From an uncultured Pseudomonadota bacterium (lineage in GTDB: Bacteria; Oederibacteriota; Muellerivitia; Muellerivitales; Muellerivitaceae), in contig CAVYRH010000026.1 of the NCBI GenBank assembly GCA_963770835.1, forward strand, positions 256,001 to 320,000: a DNA stretch of 64,000 nucleotides, read 5' to 3'. Positions 55,668-64,000 of this stretch are shown in pieces. The position numbers were made by a program, and so were the translations under genes. A model generated the notes under the pieces. The model saw only the letters and a list, made by a program, of their open reading frames with translations. It was not told the origin of the DNA and did no database searches. Within the stretch, counting starts at the first letter, position 1. Every line of letters begins with the position of its first letter.

Positions 55668-58600
55668 TTGAAATTTCCTGTTTGTTCCCATAAAAACAGT
55701 TTCACCCACCTATCCCCGAAATTAGCGGGATACGCCCGGCTTATCGGGTTCACGTTCCTTCTCCCGCTTTTGTTGCCCTCTCTTTCCCAAGCCAATGTCC
55801 CAGGCGGCGGCACCGGCACCGGGGCTAATGTTACCGTTACGGATAACGGCGGGACCGTGGTCCTGGCGAACGGCATCGTCTCCTTCACCATCAACAAGAG
55901 CAACGGGAACGTCACCAACTTCACCTACAACGGAACGAACCTGCTTTCGGGCGGGAACGGCGGCGGCTACTTTTATTTTGACGGTTCCGGCGGGCCCACC
56001 CTGGCCAACCCCACCTATACCCTGACCGTCAACCCCGCCAACAACGGCGGCAACCAGGCGGAAGTCTGGCTGCAAACGACCGCCAGCCCCATGGACATGG
56101 CCGTCTATTACGACCTCTTGCGCGGGCAGCAGGGCATCTACGATACGATGATTCTCACCCACGAGGCCAGCTACGTCGACTACCCCGGCGCCGAACTGCG
56201 TACCAACATGTACGTGGGTTCCATCTTCGACTGGCTGGCCGTGGACCCCTACCGTTTCCGGCAAATGGCTCCTCCTAGTACTGCAGTTACGACTGTTGCC
56301 GGGCGCGCCCCCGGAAGTGATGCAATATACCGCTGGAATTTATAACGGACTTACGAATTGCAAGTATTCCTATAGCGCCCCTCTCGGGAAAGTCAACACA
56401 TGGGGCTGGGCCTCCTCGACCACCAATTACGGCGTCTGGCAGACGCTGCCCAGCCACGAGTTTGAAGACGGCGGGCCCATGCACCGGGAACTCACCGAGC
56501 ACATCGGCAACACATTGCTGGACATGTTCGGAGGCGGGCACTATGGGTTCGGCCTCACTCAAGACCAGCCCGCCGGTACCTTCTCGTCCAAGACCTTTGG
56601 CCCGGCTTTCATTTACGCCAACCAATACACTGGTTCCTCCAGCGATCCCGTTTCCCTGAAGGCCCGGGTTCTTTGGGCCGACGCGCAGGCGCAGGCCGCC
56701 GCCGAACAGGGCGCCTGGCCCTACACTTGGTTCAATCCCCAGCCCGTGGCTGGCGGAACCGGCTCCCCCTATCCCCAGGCGTCCGGCCGCGGCACGGTGA
56801 GCGGTACCCTTGCCATCAATGATCCCTATAACCCGGGAACCTCACCCGTGAGTCTTTGGATCGGGCTGGCGCCGGTCGACGGTGGGGTGGATTTCCAGCA
56901 GCAGTACCTGACCTGCCAATTCTGGGTCAAGACGGGATCGGGCGGCAGTTTCACCATCCCCAACGTTTTACCCGGCACCTATAACCTTTGGGCTTTCGGC
57001 CCCGGCGTGGTCGGTACCTTTGAACAGGCCAACGTCACCGTGACCGCAGGCCAGTCCTTGAGCCTGGGAACCTTGACCTGGTCACCCCTTCGCCTGGGGC
57101 CCACGGTGTGGGAAATCGGCACTCCGGATCGCGATTCAAACGAATTCAACAACGGGGAACATCAATCGACACCCTATAGCGGCATCCTGCCGGCCTACGC
57201 GGGCGGCCCCCCTTACGACGTTCCGGCGACCTGGGGCGCGTTCATGGCCTATCCGACCCAGTACCCCAACGGGGTCAGCTTCGTGGTGGGGACCAGCAAC
57301 CCTGGAACCGACTGGAACTATTGCCAGCCCACTGTGCCCTCTGGGACCACCTACGCCGGGTCGACATCCAAGATCTTTTTCAATTTGGCGTCGGCTCCCA
57401 CGGCGTCCCAAACCGCCCGGCTTTATATCGCCTTCGCGTCCGCCTTCAGCTCGGCTTGCATCCTGACGATCAACGGCACCGTCCAAACCGCTTCGGTCAT
57501 GGGCTCCACGGACGGCAACTACGCCACGATCACCAACGCGACCACTGGCTTCTACCCGCCAAACGTCAGTTTCGACTCCATCCTCCGCCTGGGTTCGCAG
57601 GGGGACTGGGGTGACGCCTACCTGGATTTCGCGGGAACAAGCTGAAGGCGGGCACGAACGAGATCGACATCGGCCTGCGGCCGACCGGCGGCGCCAGCCT
57701 CGGCGAAGGTTTCGAATACGATTACGTACGCATGGAATTGACGGGGTTCGCGACTCCCACACCCACGCCGGGAGGAAGCAATCCCACGAACACTCCTACG
57801 CCCGTACCGCCAACTTCCACCGCCACTTCTACGGCTACTCGCACGCCGACCGCCACGGCTTCCAATACCGCCACCGCGACCCGGACGAACACCCCGACCT
57901 TGACCGCCAGCTCCACGGCCACTTCAACCGTGACCGCCACCAAAACGAATACGCCGGTGCCCCCAACTTCGACCTTCACGGTAACTTCGACGGTTACTTC
58001 GTCCTCTACGAATACGCCGGTGCCGCCAACCGCGACTTTCACGATGACTTCAACGGCTACTTCAACCCACACCAATACGCCGGTACCACCAACGGCAACC
58101 CCTACGAATAGCCCGGTGCTCCCGACCGCGACGAATACCAACAGTCTTTTACCGACTTCGACCAACACTCCGGTACCGCCGACGGCCACGAACACAAACA
58201 GCCCGGTGCCGCCTACCGCCACTCCTACCAATACACCTGTGCCCCCGACCCCCACGCCGACGAATACTCCAGTGCCGCTTACTGCCACGAATACCCCCGC
58301 GCCGCCCACGCCTACCAACACGCCCGTTCCGCCAACGGTTACCAACACACCTGTGCCTCCAACCTCAACGAATACTCCGGTGCCATCGGCCACCAACACG
58401 CCGGTATCCTCAACCGCTACCCCGACCAATAGCCCGGTGCCACCCACGCCGACGTTTACGCCGACAAGCACGACCACATCGTCGGCCACGTTGACGGCCA
58501 CCAATACCTCGGTACCGCCGACGGCGACCTTTACTCACACGCCTGTTCCCCCGACCTCAACGGCCACGAATACGTTGACGGCTACGCCGTCAAGTACGCC

Positions 58601-59637
58601 GATCAACACGGCTTCGTCGACGGCTACGCGCACTCCCGTGCCTCCCACTTTCACCTCAACGCCTGTTCCGCCTACAGCAACCGCCACCCGGACGCCCACG
58701 CCGGTTCCCCCGACTTCCACCTTCACGCCGGTGCCGCCAACGTCCACCGATACTCCCGTTGCGCCGACTCCGACTTCCACCACCGCGACCTCGAGCACCA
58801 GCCTGGAAGTGCAATTGTTAAGCGGGGTGACCAGCGACACCACCAACAGCCCCCATCCCCAAATCCAAGTGGTCAATACGGGAACCGGGCCGCTGAACTT
58901 GAACGGGGTCACGGTGAAATATTGGTTTAACTGCGACTGCACCAACCAAACCGTCCAGGCCTGGGTGGATTGGGCGGGGCTGATCCCCGCCGGGACCACC
59001 GAAACGGGGAACGTGCAGGCGTCGGTCACAATCCACCACCTTGGGGGGCCAGACCAACTACATCCTCTATACCTTCACGGGGAACCTGGTTCTCCAGCCC
59101 GGCCAGGCCATCCAGATCCAGAGCCGGTTCAACAAGAGCGACTGGAGCAACATGACCCAGTCCAACGACTGGAGCTTCGCGCCTTATACCAGCTTCACGA
59201 ACGCACTGCAGGTGACGGGCTACCTGGGCGGGAGCTTGGTGTGGGGGCAAGAGCCGGTGGCGGCTCCGGCGGCCTTGACGGTATCCAGCGCGCTGGCCTT
59301 CCCGAATCCCTCGACAGGCAACGGGGCAACCCTTTCCTTCAACTTAAATGGAACCCAAACGGGCGCGGCGGGTTCCCTGTTGGACGCCAATCATCCCCTT
59401 CTGCTGGACCCGAATGCCAAGGTCACCCTGGGCATCTATTCGCTAGCCATGCGCCTCATCTGGACGCAGACGCTAACCGGCGGGGCTTATGGCACCACGG
59501 GGAACCATGAACTCTACTGGAATGAAAAAGACTTAAAAGGCACCGGATTGGCGAACGGCCTCTACCTGCTGCGGGTGAGCGTGGAATCCCACAGTCAAAA
59601 GTCCTCCGCTATCACCAAGATCCTCATCCTTCAATAA
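55668..59637 (+). pseudogene. Secreted rhamnogalacturonan lyase (PL4) with Pro/Thr linker, CBM3 and CTD, split by three single-base frameshifts (possibly sequencing errors)
   Basis: PL4 motifs KYSYS, PSHEFEDGGPMHRELTEH, GGHYG, KTFGP, WPYTW, FTIPNVLPGTYNL, WEIGTPDR, YDYVRME; CBM3 PQIQVVNTG...VKYWF...[16 protein letters not shown]...LVWGQEP. Shifts near 56300, 57635 and 59030. Confidence 0.85.
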
Positions 59638-59679
59638 CACAACAAGGCCACCCCAGATGGGTTCCAACAGGGGGCACCA

Positions 59680-61842
59680 ATGAAAAACTTAAAAGCACTT
59701 GCCGGGGCCCTCCTCTTAGTGGGGCTCTTAATCCCGGTTTCCTGCGTGCGCCCCATCGGCGTCTCGCCGACCCATCCCTACTTAAGGCCAACGGAGACTC
59801 CCACGCCCACCGACACGCCTTCCGCCTCTCCCACGGCAAGTTCCTCCGCCGTTCCCGGTTCCACGGCCACTTTCTCTCCCACCGGAACGCCGACACCCTC
59901 CATTACGATGACCCCGACCTTAACCGCCACAGGCACCCCAACCCATACGCCCCCGCCTTCGCCTACCGATAGCTTTACGGTCATCTTTTCCTCGACGTCC
60001 TCCGCCACAGCTTTGCCCACCGTTTCCTTCACCGAAACTCCATCCGAAACGGCATCCCTGACTCCCACCCATACGCCGACGGTAACGCCGCAAAACACGG
60101 CTACCGCGACGCCGGTTTCCACTTTCACTCACACACCAACCAACACAACGACTTCGACCCCTTCCGCAACCGATACCCTGGAAAACACCCCTACTTTCTC
60201 CTCTAGTGCGACTCCGTCGTCCACTCCCACGCCGCCTTCCACCGCCACCCCCACGAATAGCCCCGTTCCCCCCACATTGACCCCGACTAATAGCCCCGTG
60301 CCACCCACGCCCAGCGAGACTCCATCGTCCACACCGGTTCCACCCACGCCGACGTTGACGCCGACCCTTACCGCAAACAGGACACCGACTTCAACCTCTC
60401 CGCCAACGGCTTCCGCGACAAACACAGGGACTTCCACGGAAACCTCGACCGCGAGCAAGACGCCCAGCCCGACTCCCTCCAATACACCAGTGCCCACTGT
60501 AACCCCGTCTTCCACTGATACCAGAACCCCCACCTCCTCCGCTTCGCGCACACCGACCGGCACGGCCACTGGGACCGCCTCTGCGACGTTCTCCGCGACG
60601 GGAACGGCGACATCGACGGCAACTGGGACTCCCTCCAAAACGGTGACCCCGACATCCACCCCGACTTCTACAGCTAGCCCCACTGCCACGGCTTCCCCCA
60701 GCCGCACCCCAACCTCAACGGCGACAGCAACAGCTTCATCAACCCATACAACGATTCTCCCGACTGCCACATTCACCGCCGCAGTTCCACCGACCGCCAC
60801 GCCCACCCCGGCACCTCCCCCCAACGGGCTTTTAGACGGCTGGGATATTTCCCTCCTCCCCACCATGCTCAGCCAGGGTGTTGTTTATAAAAACCCCGCC
60901 GCGGAAAACCTCCTTCAGATCGCCACCGACCACGGCTACAGCATCATGCGGGTAAGGCTATGGGTGAACCCCAACGGCACCCAGGTTTACGTCAATAACC
61001 TGGCCTACGACACGGCCCTGGGCGCGCAGATCAAGGCGGCAGGACTGAAGTTCTACCTGGACATCCATTATTCGGACACCTGGGCGGACCCCGGGCACCA
61101 AACCATGCCCGCCGCCTGGGCCGGGATCACCACCCAAGCCGCGCTGGCCCAGCAAGTGCATGACTACACCCAGAACGTCATCACCAGCCTGGCCGCGGGT
61201 GGCGCCATGCCCGACTACGTGGCAGTGGGCAACGAGATTACCGACGGCCTTTTATGGCCCGCCACCACGGGAGGGCCGGGCGGGCGGATCTCGGTCAACG
61301 GTTGGGCTAATTACGCGACCCTGATGAAGGCGGGAATCCAGGGCATCGATGACGGGGCGGTTTCGGCGGGAGCGCCCACGCCCAAGATCGTCATCCATAT
61401 CGACCGGGGCGGCGACTGGTCCACCACCCAATGGTATTTCACCAACGTCAACTCGCAGGGAATCAGCTTCGACGTCATCGGGGAAAGCTACTATCCCCAG
61501 TACCACGGGCCCCTCACCAACGCCCAAACCTGCCTGACCAACGCCGCCAACAGCTTCGGCAAACTGGTCTACGTGGCGGAGACAGGCTATCCGAACGGCA
61601 TCGGGCAAGCGGGAGTGACCGGTACGGGGATGACCTACCCGGAAACCCCTGCGGGGCAGGCGCAGTTCCTCACCGACCTAGTTACAACGGTCCAGGGCGT
61701 TCCGAACAAACTAGGCATGGGCATCAATTATTGGGAGCCGGAGTGGCTGCAATCAGTGGCCGGATACCCGGCCTGGGGGGAACCGCTCTTTGACAGCGGG
61801 GGAGTGACCCTGGCGGGCGTAGCCGCCTTGGGGGGGAAGTAG
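59680..61842 (+). CDS. GH53 endo-beta-1,4-galactanase, predicted lipoprotein with an N-terminal Thr/Pro stalk
   Basis: Lipobox-like LLIPVSC; GWDIS, RVRLWVNP, DIHYSDTWADPGHQ, VGNEIT, FDVIGESYYP, AETGYP, YWEPEW. No CTD. Confidence 0.92.
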   Translation: MKNLKALAGALLLVGLLIPVSCVRPIGVSPTHPYLRPTETPTPTDTPSASPTASSSAVPGSTATFSPTGTPTPSITMTPTLTATGTPTHTPPPSPTDSFTVIFSSTSSATALPTVSFTETPSETASLTPTHTPTVTPQNTATATPVSTFTHTPTNTTTSTPSATDTLENTPTFSSSATPSSTPTPPSTATPTNSPVPPTLTPTNSPVPPTPSETPSSTPVPPTPTLTPTLTANRTPTSTSPPTASATNTGTSTETSTASKTPSPTPSNTPVPTVTPSSTDTRTPTSSASRTPTGTATGTASATFSATGTATSTATGTPSKTVTPTSTPTSTASPTATASPSRTPTSTATATASSTHTTILPTATFTAAVPPTATPTPAPPPNGLLDGWDISLLPTMLSQGVVYKNPAAENLLQIATDHGYSIMRVRLWVNPNGTQVYVNNLAYDTALGAQIKAAGLKFYLDIHYSDTWADPGHQTMPAAWAGITTQAALAQQVHDYTQNVITSLAAGGAMPDYVAVGNEITDGLLWPATTGGPGGRISVNGWANYATLMKAGIQGIDDGAVSAGAPTPKIVIHIDRGGDWSTTQWYFTNVNSQGISFDVIGESYYPQYHGPLTNAQTCLTNAANSFGKLVYVAETGYPNGIGQAGVTGTGMTYPETPAGQAQFLTDLVTTVQGVPNKLGMGINYWEPEWLQSVAGYPAWGEPLFDSGGVTLAGVAALGGK

Positions 61843-62034
61843 CACGGTTCTTACCACAACTCACAAGGTCTCAAATGAAAACAGACCTCAGCTCAACGAA
61901 ACAAATCTGAAATTGTTTAATTTTCTTCTGCATTGAAGTTGTCCGAATTGTGGAATAAAACACCCTCTACCCGACTCTCAGTCAACAGGGATATCCGTGT
62001 CAATCCGTTTTGAAGAACGGAATTGGGTGAAAAA

Positions 62035-64000
62035 ATGAAAAAAAATAAAAGCGTTTTCAAGCGTTCCTACTGGATTCATTGTTTAACCGCTTTCTTTTGC
62101 GCCACCGCAGCTTTCGCCCAAACGATCACCATCACTTCCGCGCCCTACAACGCCTCAACCGGCAGCGCCGACAACGCGGCCGCTATCCAGGCCGCCATCA
62201 ACGCGGTGGGGAGCGGGGGAACGGTGGTTGTTCCCGCGGGAAGTTTTCTCAGCGGGCCCCTGACGCTTAAAAGCAATATGACCTTCCAGCTTTCCGCGGG
62301 CGCCACCCTTCAGATGACCGCCATGGGCACCTTCCCCGCCACTTCCGATTTCCTTTACGGCGACAAGCTGACCAACATCACGATCAACGGCAGCGGCGTC
62401 ATGGACGGCCAGGGCCAGGCCTGGTGGACGGCCTTTAACGCCAGCAGTTCCACCCAGCGCCCCCCGGCCATGATCGAGCTCTCCGGCTGCACGGGAGTGA
62501 CGGTGGAGGGCATCACGGTACAAAACTCCCCCGAATTCCATATCCAGTTCCTGGGCAACGGCAGCAACATCCTGGCCTCCGGGCTCACCATCACCGCCCC
62601 CTGGCCGTCGCCCAACACGGACGGCATCGACCTGCGGGGCACGAACGTCAACATCCAGAACTGCTACATCAGCGACGGGGACGACGTGATTCAGATCGGG
62701 GGCTCCAACAACTGCAACGGGGTCACGGTCCAAGGCTGCAGCTTCGGCACGGGGCACGGGCTTTCCATCGGAAGCATCACCGACGGCGGGGTGAGCAACG
62801 TTTACGTGAACAATTGCACCTTCAACGGCACCCAATACGGCCTGCGGCTCAAGTCCAACAACACCGAAGGCGGGCTCACCACTAATATCACCTATTCCAA
62901 TATCACGATGACGGGCATCCTGGACAACCCGATCCTCATGTACAGCTACTACCCCACCGTTCCCTCCAGTCCCACGAGCGACACGGGGTCGTCGGTCAAC
63001 AGCACGACGCCCTTTTGGGAGAACATCAAGTTCCAGAATGTAACCGCCAGCGAGGCTTCCAGTGGGAGCTCCAACGTGGGCATCCTGTGGGGCCTGCCGC
63101 AGGCACCGGTCTCGAATGTCTTGTTCGACGCTTGCACCTTGACCGGTTCCAAGATCATGGAGGTCTACAACACCCAGGGAGTGACCTTCGACTGTAACTG
63201 CCTGATCAACGGCAAGGCTCCCTCAAATTCGGCGGCCGTGACTACCTTTAACATCTCCATGGCGGGACCGGATGACGTCCAGTTCCCGGCCTGCGGCCCC
63301 TCGCCCACGCCGACTTTCACCTCTTCAGCCCCCACCGCCACCCATACCAATACGCCGGTTCCGCCTACGGCGACTTTCACCGACACGAAGACAAATACGC
63401 CCATACCCCCGACTTCGACGGCAACTTCAACCCCAACCAAGACCAATACACCCATACCTCCTACTTCCACTTCAACCGCCACCTCAACGGCTACCAAGAC
63501 GAATACTCCAGTTCCGCCAACCGCCACGCCGTCCAGCACTGCGACGAATACCCCGGTTCTTCCGACAGCGACTTTCACCTTCACCGCCACCAAGACGAAT
63601 ACCCCCGTACCTCCGACCGCTACTCCCACCAATAGCCCGGTGCCGCCCACGGCGACGTTTACATTGACGGCTACGCCGTCAAGCACTGCTACGCGCACCT
63701 TTACCGCAGTCCCGCCAACTTCCACATTCACTAATACGGTCGTGCCCCCGACAGTCACCTTTACGGCGGTACCGCCCACGCCGACAGGAACTAACACATC
63801 GTCGGCTACGTCGACGGCTACCCACACCAATACTCCGATGCCGCTGACGGCGACGAATACGCCCGCTCCTCCAACAGCCACTAATACCGCTGTTCCGCCG
63901 ACTTTGACCAATACTCCAGTGCCTCTTACGCCGACAAGTACGCCCGCGTCGACAGCCACGAATACGAACAGCCCAGTGCCCCCGACGGCCACCAACACAG
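62035..64000 (+). CDS. Secreted GH28 polygalacturonase-family enzyme with Pro/Thr linker; runs off the window end and is absent from the ORF track
   Basis: Manual translation from ATG 62035 gives [29 protein letters not shown] (signal), [10 protein letters not shown], and all four GH28 motifs [25 protein letters not shown] saw no stop before 64000. Confidence 0.92.
   Translation, partial: MKKNKSVFKRSYWIHCLTAFFCATAAFAQTITITSAPYNASTGSADNAAAIQAAINAVGSGGTVVVPAGSFLSGPLTLKSNMTFQLSAGATLQMTAMGTFPATSDFLYGDKLTNITINGSGVMDGQGQAWWTAFNASSSTQRPPAMIELSGCTGVTVEGITVQNSPEFHIQFLGNGSNILASGLTITAPWPSPNTDGIDLRGTNVNIQNCYISDGDDVIQIGGSNNCNGVTVQGCSFGTGHGLSIGSITDGGVSNVYVNNCTFNGTQYGLRLKSNNTEGGLTTNITYSNITMTGILDNPILMYSYYPTVPSSPTSDTGSSVNSTTPFWENIKFQNVTASEASSGSSNVGILWGLPQAPVSNVLFDACTLTGSKIMEVYNTQGVTFDCNCLINGKAPSNSAAVTTFNISMAGPDDVQFPACGPSPTPTFTSSAPTATHTNTPVPPTATFTDTKTNTPIPPTSTATSTPTKTNTPIPPTSTSTATSTATKTNTPVPPTATPSSTATNTPVLPTATFTFTATKTNTPVPPTATPTNSPVPPTATFTLTATPSSTATRTFTAVPPTSTFTNTVVPPTVTFTAVPPTPTGTNTSSATSTATHTNTPMPLTATNTPAPPTATNTAVPPTLTNTPVPLTPTSTPASTATNTNSPVPPTATNT

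Noticed and set aside
56290..59045. Programmed frameshifting or phase variation at the PL4 and GH12 breaks
   Set aside because: The sites are short runs of about 3 nt or less with no slippery heptamer or long homopolymer, and there are several per gene. Indel error or decay is simpler.
2512..63998. Many minus-strand Val/Gly/Ala-rich ORFs (e.g. 11322-11912, 36348-37415, 57722-58504, 63165-63998)
   Set aside because: They are antisense shadows of Thr-rich linkers: ACN codons give few stops on the reverse strand. They have no independent protein features.
1770..64000. Cellulosome or SusC/SusD PUL interpretation
   Set aside because: No dockerin repeats, cohesins, SLH domains, TonB-dependent receptor or SusD-like gene was recognised in the window.

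Overview
This is a GC-rich bacterial window. It opens with a housekeeping icd gene and is then almost entirely a + strand island of secreted polysaccharide-degrading and surface proteins: GH12, S53 peptidase, GH5, GH8, GH9, two GH44, two NHL-repeat proteins, a Kelch protein, PL4-CBM3, a GH53 lipoprotein and a GH28. Most share one plan: signal peptide, catalytic domain, very long Thr-rich linker, then a T9SS-like C-terminal domain (PNP...LA[N/S]GLYY...KLL[I/V/L]LR). The main finding is a four-gene cassette present twice (22278-26596 and 51439-55498). It encodes an ECF sigma factor, a membrane anti-sigma with a periplasmic FlgD/CTD-like Ig domain, a PorV-like beta-barrel fused to a TPR domain, and a secreted non-catalytic sugar-binding protein with its own CTD class. 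A GGAATA-N16-18-(A/T)C(T/A)A promoter-like motif precedes both sigma genes and several neighbouring genes. I infer a TonB/SusCD-independent, T9SS-derived trans-envelope glycan-sensing system, with one copy among glucanases and one ahead of pectinases. Two genes carry single-base frameshifts that may be read errors, and the GH28 at the right edge is missing from the ORF track. All family calls come from motif recognition by eye; no database searches were run.
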